IMG/VR virus record: IMGVR_UViG_3300037851_000691
Span: 1-33,342 of that record
DNA from: a virus
Taxonomy: Duplodnaviria; Caudoviricetes
Length of the DNA: 33,342 bases
Strand: one strand, 5' to 3'
A program made the translations under genes and the position numbers. A model generated the notes under the pieces. The model searched no databases. It had not been told where the DNA came from and worked only from the letters and a program-made list of their open reading frames with translations. Positions 8,615 through 16,076 of this stretch are shown piece by piece (the first letter of the stretch is position 1; each line of letters opens with the position of its first letter).

Positions 8615-9895
8615 TCAGTCGTTGGTGTCGTCGTAGAGGGAGGATTGCAGGCCGGGGAGCTGAGCGGCGGCTTTGGCCCACTCGGTGTTCTTCTGGCCGG
8701 CCATGACGTGGTCGTAGCGGGTGGTGATGGCCAGGCTGCTGTGATGGAGCAGCTTGGAGCAGAAGCGCACGTCGGCGCCGCCGTTGGTGTAGAGCATGTA
8801 GGCGGAGTGGCGCAACGTGTGGACGTGGATCGGGTCGGCATCGAGGCCGGCGCGCCGGGCGTAGAACTTGAGCAGGCGGCCGACCTCGTGGCCGGAGATG
8901 GGCCCGGCGGAGGGCTGGGGGGCGTTGACTCCGAGGCGGGCGAGCCGGCGACGGCGCTCTTCGGGGGAGCTGGTGGCGGTGAAGATGTAGTCGCCGGGTT
9001 GGATGGTGGCCAGGCGGCCGGAAAGCTTGAGGAAGTCTTTCACGGCCCGCCAGGCGGGGGCGGGGAGCTCGTCCCAGCCTTCCTTGCCCTTGTTGCGCCA
9101 GTGATAGTAGACGGCGCCGTTCTGCTGGCGGAGGTCCTGCCAGCGCCAGACGCGAATCTCGCTGTTGCGGGCGCCAGTGAGGATGTAGCAGGTGAAGAGG
9201 GCCAGGTCACGGAGGCCGCGGGCGTTGCGCCGGGGAGACGAGGCGGCGTAGCTCTTGATGGCGCCGATGAGGGCGTCGAGCTGGTCGGCGTCGAGCCAGG
9301 TGGCGCTGGCGAACGCGTCGGAGCGGGGGCGGGGGATGCCGCGCGCTCGGGCGGGGTTGATGTCCTCGAAGAGCGGGATCTCGCGTCCGTCGAGGAGGGG
9401 GACGGGGTACTCGCCGGCGTAGGAGTAGAAGGAGCTGATGGCGGCGAGGTACTGGGCGATGGTGCCCTCGGAGAGGCCGAGCTGGTCGGCGGTGCGGCGG
9501 CCGTTGCGCTCGAGGCCGCGGGCGACGTGGCCGGCGATGGGGCGGGCGCGCAGATCGGCGAGCCAGGCGCGCACGTCGCCGGGGACGATGCGCCAGGGGG
9601 CCTTGTCCTGGGTGAAGAGGCGGAAGTCGAGCCAGGCGGCCTGATAGGCGCGGATGGTGGCGAGGGGCCGGGGCTCGCCGGTGCGGGGGGAGCGGGCGAG
9701 CCAGTCGTCGTAAGCGGCGGCCCAGAGGGCGGGCTTGTCCGCGTCGGGGATGGCGGGCGGCGGGGGCGCGACGAGGGCTTCACGCAGGGCGGCGATGAAG
9801 TCGCCGGGGGTGGGCCGGGCGTGGAGGGTGACTTCATCCGGTTCGATGACTTCGATGGTCCGGCCGGTGAATGGGACCAGGGCGGCTTCTGACAT
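8615..9895 (-). CDS. Tyrosine recombinase (XerC/D-like) in the early operon
   Basis: Catalytic set appears intact: TGARNSE (R), KGK (K), HTLRH, LHHSS, TTRY (Y); N-terminal SAM-like core-binding region. Confidence 0.92.
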   Translation of the reverse strand: MSEAALVPFTGRTIEVIEPDEVTLHARPTPGDFIAALREALVAPPPPAIPDADKPALWAAAYDDWLARSPRTGEPRPLATIRAYQAAWLDFRLFTQDKAPWRIVPGDVRAWLADLRARPIAGHVARGLERNGRRTADQLGLSEGTIAQYLAAISSFYSYAGEYPVPLLDGREIPLFEDINPARARGIPRPRSDAFASATWLDADQLDALIGAIKSYAASSPRRNARGLRDLALFTCYILTGARNSEIRVWRWQDLRQQNGAVYYHWRNKGKEGWDELPAPAWRAVKDFLKLSGRLATIQPGDYIFTATSSPEERRRRLARLGVNAPQPSAGPISGHEVGRLLKFYARRAGLDADPIHVHTLRHSAYMLYTNGGADVRFCSKLLHHSSLAITTRYDHVMAGQKNTEWAKAAAQLPGLQSSLYDDTND

Positions 9896-9912
9896 GCGCG
9901 GGCCTTCTTTCG

Positions 9913-10248
9913 CTAAGAATGGGTTAGCGGCGCTGGGGTGAGTTCCTGCCAGCCGTACTGATAGCCGATGAGCCGGAAGGAGCGGTTGGTCTTCTCGGAG
10001 ATGCGGCGGATGTTGATGGGCAGCATCTCGGCGCCGGGCGGGACGGCGAAGGCCTCGGCGATGGCGGCGACGGTGTCAGGCGAGGGCGGGTCGCCCTCCC
10101 GGCCGATGGTGAGGCGGTGGGCGTCGCCGGTGCGGGCGAGGGTGATGTGGATGCCGTAGAAGAGGCGCTCGGCGCGGGCGGTGGGGCCATGGCCGGCGAT
10201 CTCGTGGCGCATCTGCTCGGCGAGTTGGTGGAGTCTGGGCTTGGTCAT
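9913..10248 (-). CDS. Hypothetical protein (MTKPRLHQL...)
   Basis: GGAG RBS before ATG 10248; the longer ORF call runs through a tandem repeat and is less likely. Confidence 0.65.
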   Translation of the reverse strand: MTKPRLHQLAEQMRHEIAGHGPTARAERLFYGIHITLARTGDAHRLTIGREGDPPSPDTVAAIAEAFAVPPGAEMLPINIRRISEKTNRSFRLIGYQYGWQELTPAPLTHS

Positions 10249-10260
10249 GGTGTTCTCCAT

Positions 10261-10305
10261 TGCGAACGGGGCGTCTGCGAACGGGGCGTCTGCGATCGGG
10301 TCGTC
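10261..10305. repeat. 15-bp tandem direct repeat (two exact copies plus one degenerate)
   Basis: TGCGAACGGGGCGTC x2, then TGCGATCGGGTCGTC. Confidence 0.85.
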
Positions 10306-10406
10306 CGGTCGGGAAGGGGCGCTATGCCGACGGGCAGGCATGCACACCCTCTCACAGGTATTTGTTCTGACGCCGGATAACGCGCCCTCCGGGCGGGACG
10401 ACGGGG

Positions 10407-10784
10407 TCAACATGTGAGGTCCAGGGTGAGCTGGCCAGCGTGACGTTTGGCGCGCCGGGTGACGGCGGCGTGCTCGGCGTGCATCTGAGCGTCGAGCCTG
10501 AGGTGGCAAGCCTGACACAGCGCGTGCAGGTTGGCGGGATCTACGTTCAGCGGGTCGGGATCCGGGTGATGGGCGATCGTGAGCACGATGCGGAAGAGCT
10601 TCTCGCGGGTGCGGTAGTGTTCGACCTGGTCGGGCGGGACGGGGAGGAAGTGGCCGGCCCAGCGGTAGCCGACGGCGCCGTTCTCGAGGCCGCAGAATTC
10701 GCAGCGGTTGCCGGCGCGGGCGAGGATGGCCGGGCGGATGGTGGTGAACCAGTCGGGCGGGTAGCGATGGCGGTCGAAGGGCAT
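10407..10784 (-). CDS. HNH-family endonuclease
   Basis: RAGNRCEFCG...LTIAHH..DP.N...NLHALCQACH pattern. Confidence 0.85.
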   Translation of the reverse strand: MPFDRHRYPPDWFTTIRPAILARAGNRCEFCGLENGAVGYRWAGHFLPVPPDQVEHYRTREKLFRIVLTIAHHPDPDPLNVDPANLHALCQACHLRLDAQMHAEHAAVTRRAKRHAGQLTLDLTC

Positions 10785-10816
10785 TGTGGGCCTCGGCGTT
10801 GAGTGTGGGCGGATGG

Positions 10817-11032
10817 TTATTTGGTGATCAGGCTGATCTGCTCGAAGAAGGAGTCATCGGCGGGCCAGTTGAGGGTGGCCTTGATGGCGCTGAGCCACTC
10901 GCCGGTGGGGATGACCTTGCCGGTCTCCATGTTGGAGATCATGGTGTTGGGGATGTCGCAGCGGTCGGCGAGCTGCTGCTGGGTGAGACCTCGGGCTGTG
11001 CGAAGGACTCTAAGTTGGGTTGCGAAGTCCAT
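10817..11032 (-). CDS. cro: Cro-like XRE helix-turn-helix regulator
   Basis: LRVLRTARGLTQQQLADRCDIPNTMISNMETGK; first gene of the leftward early operon, divergent from cI. Confidence 0.8.
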   Translation of the reverse strand: MDFATQLRVLRTARGLTQQQLADRCDIPNTMISNMETGKVIPTGEWLSAIKATLNWPADDSFFEQISLITK

Positions 11033-11034
11033 AG

Positions 11035-11070
11035 GTTACTCCTGGTAAGCTAATACTTACGATATGTAAG
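11035..11070. promoter_or_regulatory. Two adjacent palindromic operators, TTAC-N5-GTAA
   Basis: GTTAC-TCCTG-GTAAG (11035-11049) and CTTAC-GATAT-GTAAG (11056-11070), 21 bp apart, in the cro leader. Confidence 0.6.
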
Positions 11071-11112
11071 TCTAAGACCCATAAAAAACGTCAGTAACAA
11101 ACCGTTACTATG

Positions 11113-11141
11113 CTTATACCAGATTGTTAGCGACTTGTCAA
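11113..11141 (-). promoter_or_regulatory. Leftward (lytic/early) sigma70-type promoter
   Basis: On the minus strand: TTGACA - 17 bp - TATAAG with TG extension. Confidence 0.75.
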
Positions 11142-11171
11142 GGGGTTTGCTAAGCCAATTTATGAAAGTCG

Positions 11172-11180
11172 TGCTATATT
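11172..11180 (+). promoter_or_regulatory. Possible extended -10 promoter for the repressor
   Basis: TGCTATATT about 20 bp upstream of the repressor start; no clear -35. Confidence 0.4.
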
Positions 11181-11201
11181 GGCAGGGATGAGGTTACAGA
11201 T

Positions 11202-11537
11202 GTGAACCTACTCGATCCTCATTCTCGCCTTGTTGCGGAGCGGGTGCACGAAGCGCGTGTCGTTTCCGGCCTGAGCCATAAGGACTTGGGTCAGAAGCTG
11301 GGCCTGACGGCCACTGGCTACGGACACTACGAGCGGGGCCGGCAGGCTTTCAGCATCGAGCAGCTCTTCGTCATCGCGCGCGTGCTGGATCGGCCGGTGG
11401 AGTGGTTTCTGGGGCTGAACTCGGAGCTGAGCGACGACGAGCTTCTGGCGCTGGGACTGTACCGGCGGGCGGTGCGGAATGGGGTTGGGGAGGCGGCGCT
11501 ACGGGTCCTGGGCGCGGTGGCGGGGGAGGAGGAATGA
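11202..11537 (+). CDS. cI: CI-like XRE repressor lacking an S24 autoprotease domain
   Basis: GLSHKDLGQKLGLTATGYGHYERG HTH; only 111 aa; divergent from cro. Confidence 0.8.
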   Translation: MNLLDPHSRLVAERVHEARVVSGLSHKDLGQKLGLTATGYGHYERGRQAFSIEQLFVIARVLDRPVEWFLGLNSELSDDELLALGLYRRAVRNGVGEAALRVLGAVAGEEE

Positions 11538-11572
11538 TGAGCATCCGGGCAGTGGAGCGGATGATGAATGCG

Positions 11573-11710
11573 TTACTTGATGCGGTTGGCGAGCTCCTCG
11601 AGAAGATTCGCCAGTTCGCGCAGCGTGCGGGCGATGGCGCGCAGAAGGAGGGAGTCGGGTGGGGTGGACAGGGCGGCCGTGGTGAACTGTAGGCGGCGTT
11701 TCTTTGGCAT
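11573..11710 (-). CDS. 45-aa SOS-controlled candidate antirepressor (below the ORF-track cutoff)
   Basis: MPKKRRLQFTTAALSTPPDSLLLRAIARTLRELANLLEELANRIK*; GGAG RBS; dedicated promoter with LexA box just upstream. Confidence 0.65.
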   Translation of the reverse strand: MPKKRRLQFTTAALSTPPDSLLLRAIARTLRELANLLEELANRIK

Positions 11711-11726
11711 AGCTGGCTCCGATATC

Positions 11727-11771
11727 TAGAACGACTGTTCTAAGTATAGGGCATGATGGAGGAGAACGCAA
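11727..11771 (-). promoter_or_regulatory. LexA-repressed promoter
   Basis: Minus strand TTGCGT (11766-11771) - 17 bp - TATACT (11743-11748), immediately followed by the palindrome TAGAAC-N4-GTTCTA (11727-11742). Confidence 0.75.
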
Positions 11772-11772
11772 G

Positions 11773-12168
11773 ATGGGAAAGTTTTCGGTTTTGCTGATTG
11801 TGATGCTGGTGTTGGCTGGGTGCGGTCAGGTAGGAGATACGTCGAGCGGGCGCGGGTCAGGTCGGCATGTGGCCGGGGTGGGCGAAGCCTGGCCGGTGCG
11901 GGTGGATGACCTGAAGATGCAGGATGTGTCGGGTCTCGCGTACAAAGTGTCGGCGAGCGCGACGAACACGACGGCGGGGCGGATCTGCTGGGTGCGTCTG
12001 ACGTTCGAGTTCCTGGACGCCGGCGGCGCGGTGCAGGGGAATTGCGACGAATACGTGGTGACGGATGAGTGCATGGCAGCGGGCCAGCGGCTGACGGTGA
12101 ATCGGCAATGTGATCGGCCGGAGGGGGCGACGCAGGTGCGGGTGGGCCAGGTGCACTGGCAAGATTGA
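11773..12168 (+). CDS. Lipoprotein with FxLYD-like beta domain
   Basis: MGKFSVLLIVMLVLAGC lipobox; GGAGG RBS; V..SATN....V..TFEFLDAGGAVQG pattern. Confidence 0.75.
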   Translation: MGKFSVLLIVMLVLAGCGQVGDTSSGRGSGRHVAGVGEAWPVRVDDLKMQDVSGLAYKVSASATNTTAGRICWVRLTFEFLDAGGAVQGNCDEYVVTDECMAAGQRLTVNRQCDRPEGATQVRVGQVHWQD

Positions 12169-12300
12169 TGCGGCGCTAATACGGTCTTATGTGACTGAAT
12201 GAATGGCCGTGCCGTCCGCGGGGATGGGGTAGACCTGGGGCAGCACGGATGGGTGTGGATTGCCGGCCGTGCGGACGGGGGTCGGGGGATCTCGGCTCCT

Positions 12301-12345
12301 GGTTCGGGTCCGTGAGGCCGGAGGTTCAAATCCTCTCTCCCCGAC
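12301..12345 (+). other. attP: attP core: 3' half of tRNA-Pro(CGG)
   Basis: Anticodon loop TTCGGGT, T-arm GGAGG-TTCAAAT-CCTCT and acceptor strand CTCCCCG-A-C. No D arm upstream. Lies about 185 bp before the integrase. Confidence 0.85.
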
Positions 12346-12356
12346 TTGGTATTACG

Positions 12357-12399
12357 GCAGGCAGCACGGTTGGCCGGACAGGGCAGCCGTGCTGCCTGC
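12357..12399. repeat. 13-bp inverted repeat just downstream of the tRNA fragment
   Basis: GCAGGCAGCACGG ... CCGTGCTGCCTGC. Confidence 0.75.
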
Positions 12400-12530
12400 G
12401 GTGATGCCGCCTCGGAGCTCCTCGTCTACCTCAGTCCGCACGGCCAGAGAAAAAAAGCCCACGTCCAACTCTTAGCGGCGCTATGCCGTGTATTAGGGGA
12501 CGACTATCGGGGCTACCGGAGGCTGCACGG

Positions 12531-13484
12531 ATGAAGGGCGTCTCTCTCTGTCTGTCACAGGTGATCGAGGGCTATCTGCTGGAGGCGCACGCCCGCCGGC
12601 TGAGCCCGGGGACGATCTCGGACTACTCCAACGCGTTCCGCAAGCTACAACGCTACCTCGCTGACGATCCTCCATTCGCGGCGATCGGGATCGAGCAGGT
12701 GCGCGGGTTCCTGGCGGATCTGGCGCAGATGACGGAGCCGAAGCCGCTGAGCAAGAAGGCGCTGCTGAACATCCACACGGGGCTGAGTGCGTTGTGGACG
12801 TGGGCGGTGCGGGAGGGGATCGTCGAGCGTCACCTGTTGCGCGATGTGCCGCGGCCGCGGGCGGAGACGCGGGCGGTAGAGCCGTTCAGCCAGGAGGATG
12901 TCAAGGCGCTGCTGGCAGTGTGCGAGCGCAGCGCGGCATATCGGCGGCCGGGGAAGGTGCTTTGCGACAACGAGCGGCCGACGGGGGTCCGGGATCGGGC
13001 GATGATCCTGCTGTTGCTGGACACGGGGATCCGGGCCAGCGAACTGTGCGGCCTTCAGCTGCGTCAGGTGGATTTAAAGAACCGGCATATCGTGGTGATG
13101 GGCAAGGGGAGCAAGGAGCGGCAATTGCCGATCTCGGCGCAAACTTCCAAAGCGCTGTGGAAGTATCTGGTCTCGGAGCGGAAGGATGCGCGGCTGAACG
13201 AGGAAGTGTTCGAGGGGCACTACGGGGGGCCGTTGACGCGCGATGCGCTGCTGAAGGTGCTGCGCCGGCTGGGCGAGCGAGCGGGGGTGGAGGGCTGCCA
13301 TCCGCATCGGTTCCGGCACACCTTTGCCATCCAGTACCTGCGCAATGGCGGGAACACGCTGGCGTTGCAGGCGAGCCTGGGGCATACGACGCTGGAGATG
13401 GTGCGGGTGTACGCGCAGATCGCCCAGGCGGATCTGGATAACGGGCATCTGGTGGCCAGCCCGGTGGCGAACTGGCGGCTATGA
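12531..13484 (+). CDS. int: Phage integrase (tyrosine recombinase)
   Basis: TGIRASE, KGSKER, HRFRH, LGH, VRVY motifs; GGAGG RBS; adjacent to attP. Confidence 0.92.
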   Translation: MKGVSLCLSQVIEGYLLEAHARRLSPGTISDYSNAFRKLQRYLADDPPFAAIGIEQVRGFLADLAQMTEPKPLSKKALLNIHTGLSALWTWAVREGIVERHLLRDVPRPRAETRAVEPFSQEDVKALLAVCERSAAYRRPGKVLCDNERPTGVRDRAMILLLLDTGIRASELCGLQLRQVDLKNRHIVVMGKGSKERQLPISAQTSKALWKYLVSERKDARLNEEVFEGHYGGPLTRDALLKVLRRLGERAGVEGCHPHRFRHTFAIQYLRNGGNTLALQASLGHTTLEMVRVYAQIAQADLDNGHLVASPVANWRL

Positions 13485-13494
13485 CTACTACATC

Positions 13495-13522
13495 TTGTGT
13501 TCTAGATCAGATGTGCTACTAT
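13495..13522 (+). promoter_or_regulatory. Candidate promoter for the rightward/late leader gene (leaderless)
   Basis: TTGTGT - 16 bp - TACTAT with TG extension, 7 bp before ATG 13530; no RBS. Confidence 0.45.
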
Positions 13523-13529
13523 ATGCGGT

Positions 13530-13727
13530 ATGGAACAGCTTGCATTCTTGACGACATCGCAAATTCATGAGCTGGACCGGATGTGTAAACAGGTAGCCGA
13601 GGGGCCGGGCTGGGGCCGGGTTTCGGTGGTGATCGAGAACGGACGCCCGCGCTGGGTGGAGACGGCCGTCACGCGGGCGATCGGGACGGAGGAGCGGGGC
13701 AGACCACCGCCGGGGAGTCCACGGTGA
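13530..13727 (+). CDS. Small DUF2292/YezD-like protein
   Basis: GWGRVSVVIENGRPRWVE resembles the G(F/Y)G.V.I.I..G motif of this family, recognised by eye. Confidence 0.55.
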   Translation: MEQLAFLTTSQIHELDRMCKQVAEGPGWGRVSVVIENGRPRWVETAVTRAIGTEERGRPPPGSPR

Positions 13728-13762
13728 GAGCCGCGCCCGCCAGAGGTGATACGCAATCCCGG

Positions 13763-13800
13763 GGCCGGAGATCAGAGCGATCTCCGGCCTTTCTTTTTCT
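13763..13800 (+). terminator. Strong intrinsic terminator ahead of the morphogenesis operon
   Basis: GGCCGGAGATC-agagc-GATCTCCGGCC followed by TTTCTTTTTCT. Confidence 0.85.
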
Positions 13801-13807
13801 CACGCCG

Positions 13808-14068
13808 ATGCCAGCGACAACACACGACGAGCCCGGGGTCATCTTTCCACTGACGCCAACCGAGCGGGTGGCGGTGGTGATGCTGGCGCTCGTGCGGGGC
13901 CAGCGTTTGACGTCGAGCGATGTGGCGCGCATGACGGGCCTGACGACCGGCGCGGCGCTGCGGCTGTTGCAGAACATCTCGCGGGTGGCGCCGGTGTATG
14001 ACGATGAGGGCGAGTGGCAGCTGCTCCAGGCGGCAGACTGCGTGGGGCGCGTCGGGTGGGGCGTATGA
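13808..14068 (+). CDS. Small winged-HTH protein
   Basis: LTSSDVARMTGLTTGAALRLLQNI HTH pattern. Confidence 0.6.
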   Translation: MPATTHDEPGVIFPLTPTERVAVVMLALVRGQRLTSSDVARMTGLTTGAALRLLQNISRVAPVYDDEGEWQLLQAADCVGRVGWGV

Positions 14069-14113
14069 TGGGAGGGACGATCGTGGATTGTTCTTCGCAT
14101 AATCATCGCTTAG

Positions 14114-14725
14114 GTGCGCTGGCCGGGGGGCCCGGAATTGGAATCGCGCGATTTTGACGGTTTTACGGCAGAGGCGGGGGAGCCGGCGGGGGAGCCGGCG
14201 GGACGCGAGAAGGTGGACGGCTGGCTGCTTGGGGTTGAGAAGCCGCCGGCCTGGCTGGAGCTGTGGCGCGATTTGTGCGACGAGCGGGCGCCGGTGATCG
14301 GGGCGGATGGCGAGCTGGCGCTGAATGCGCGCGGGGAGGCCCGGGTCCGCAAACGCTGGAACTGGCGCCAGGCGTTGTATATCGCCTGGATGGCGACGCC
14401 GAAGCACAAGCGGGAACCGAAGACGCAAGACGAGCTCGCCGATCTGCTGGGGCTGGCCTCGACGGGTACGTTTCGCAACTGGCGCCGGGCGCATCCTGAG
14501 ATGGTGGAGCGGATTCAGCAGGTGCCGCGGGATCTCCTGGTGACGCACCTGGCGGATGTCTACGATGCGCTGGTGTATGTGGCGCGGAGCTACGACCCAC
14601 GGGCGCACCCTGATCGCAAGCTGTTCCTTGAGCTGGTGGGCGAGTACACACCGAAGGCGGAGCTGAAGAGCGATGTGACGGTCAATGCGCCGGTGGCATT
14701 GTTGCCGGAAGCGGACGATGACTGA
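14114..14725 (+). CDS. terS: Terminase small subunit (HTH type); start uncertain
   Basis: TQDELADLLGLASTGTFRNWRR HTH; directly upstream of and overlapping terL. Confidence 0.7.
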   Translation: MRWPGGPELESRDFDGFTAEAGEPAGEPAGREKVDGWLLGVEKPPAWLELWRDLCDERAPVIGADGELALNARGEARVRKRWNWRQALYIAWMATPKHKREPKTQDELADLLGLASTGTFRNWRRAHPEMVERIQQVPRDLLVTHLADVYDALVYVARSYDPRAHPDRKLFLELVGEYTPKAELKSDVTVNAPVALLPEADDD

Positions 14726-16049
14726 CAGCGGCGCGCCGTGGTCGCCGCATGCGGGGCCGCAGATGGCGTTTCACCGCTCGAAGGCGTTCGAGGTGTTGTA
14801 CGGCGGGGCGGCCGGCGGCGGGAAGAGCGACAGTTTGCTGATGGAGGCGCTGCGCTATGCCCACGTGACGGGGTACACGGCGATCATCCTGCGGCGGACG
14901 TATGCGCAGCTGAGCCAGGCGAACGCGCTGATCCCGCGCAGCCGGGAGTTGTTGACGGATCGGGCGCGCTGGAACGAGGAGCGCAAGACGTGGACCTTTC
15001 CGAGCGGGGCGACGGTGCAATTCGGCCACATGCAGCACGAGGGCGACAAATACAACTACCAGGGGGCGGCGTTTGCGTTCGTGGGCTTCGATGAGCTGAC
15101 CCAGTTCGAGGAGGAGCAGTACATGTACCTCTTCAGCCGGGCCCGAACGACGGCGAAGCTGCCGGATGGGCGGGCGATCCCGGTGCGCGTGCGGGCGACG
15201 ACGAACCCGGGCGGCGATGGGCACGAGTGGGTGAAGCGGCGCTGGGGGGTGTGGCTGGGGGATCAGCCGACGGCGCAGAGCGGGGAGGTCCGCTGGTATC
15301 GCAACGTGGGAGGCACGGACGAGGAGACGACTGCCGGCGATCCGCAAGGGTTGAGCCGGCAGTTTATTGCGGCGAGCCTGCGCGACAACCCGACGCTGCT
15401 GGCGAATGACCCGGTGTACGTGCAGCGGCTCGAGGCGTTGCCGCTGATCGAGCGGGAGCGGCTGCTGAACGGCAACTGGCAGATCGGGCCGCAGGGGAAC
15501 GTGTTCCGGCGGGAGTGGTTCCGGGTGACGCCGGCGGCGCCGGCCGGGCTGAAGTGGGCGCGCTACTGGGACCTGGCGGCGAGCGTCAAGGACACGGCGG
15601 ATTACACGGCTTCGGTGGCGGCGGCGCTGGCCGACGATGGAACGCTGTATCTGCGGGACATGATCCGAGGCCGGTGGGAATGGCCGGACCAGGAGACGAT
15701 CATCGTGCAGACGATGCTGGCGGATCCGAAGTGCGTCCACGGCGTGGAGAAGGCGCTGCACGGGATTGCGGCGGTGCAGACGTTGCTGCGCCGGCGGGAG
15801 CTGGGCAGGATCGTCGTCAAGGGCGTGGATGTGGACCGGGACAAGCTCACGCGGGCGTTGCCGCTCTCGGCCCGGGCGGAGCAGGGCAAGGTGGCCCTCG
15901 TCGAGGGGGCCTGGATCGGGGCGTTTCTCGACGAGCTGACGGCCTTCTCCGGGGACGGGAAGACGCATGACGACCAGGTGGATGCGGCGAGCGGCGGGCT
16001 GGCGCTCTTGACGGGCGATCCGCGGACGCGCAAGGGCTACGCTTGGTAA
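14718..16049 (+). CDS. terL: Terminase large subunit
   Basis: YGGAAGGGKS Walker A, FDE Walker B, TTNPGG, WDLA and HDDQVDA nuclease motifs. Confidence 0.95.
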   Translation: MTDSGAPWSPHAGPQMAFHRSKAFEVLYGGAAGGGKSDSLLMEALRYAHVTGYTAIILRRTYAQLSQANALIPRSRELLTDRARWNEERKTWTFPSGATVQFGHMQHEGDKYNYQGAAFAFVGFDELTQFEEEQYMYLFSRARTTAKLPDGRAIPVRVRATTNPGGDGHEWVKRRWGVWLGDQPTAQSGEVRWYRNVGGTDEETTAGDPQGLSRQFIAASLRDNPTLLANDPVYVQRLEALPLIERERLLNGNWQIGPQGNVFRREWFRVTPAAPAGLKWARYWDLAASVKDTADYTASVAAALADDGTLYLRDMIRGRWEWPDQETIIVQTMLADPKCVHGVEKALHGIAAVQTLLRRRELGRIVVKGVDVDRDKLTRALPLSARAEQGKVALVEGAWIGAFLDELTAFSGDGKTHDDQVDAASGGLALLTGDPRTRKGYAW

Positions 16050-16076
16050 TCGCTTATTAGCGGAGCAGGAGGGGAG

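Noticed and set aside
10261-10305. CRISPR array
   Set aside because: Units are 15 bp and directly tandem, with no spacers and no cas genes.
11402-11692. Plus-strand ORF downstream of cI (MMSIRAVER... from 11534)
   Set aside because: Overlaps the minus-strand 45-aa ORF, which has its own promoter, LexA box and RBS. It has an ATGA overlap with cI, so it is not fully excluded.
12281-12345. Complete tRNA-Pro gene
   Set aside because: Upstream CGGGGGA is too close to the anticodon loop to leave room for a D arm, and the 5' anticodon stem does not fully pair; only the 3' half is present.
12461-12496. Additional TAA-N7-TTA sites near attP (also candidates at 6382, 20237, 22888)
   Set aside because: Half-sites, wrong spacing (N6 or N8) or a core mismatch (CTGA-N7-TTAC at 6382); not counted.
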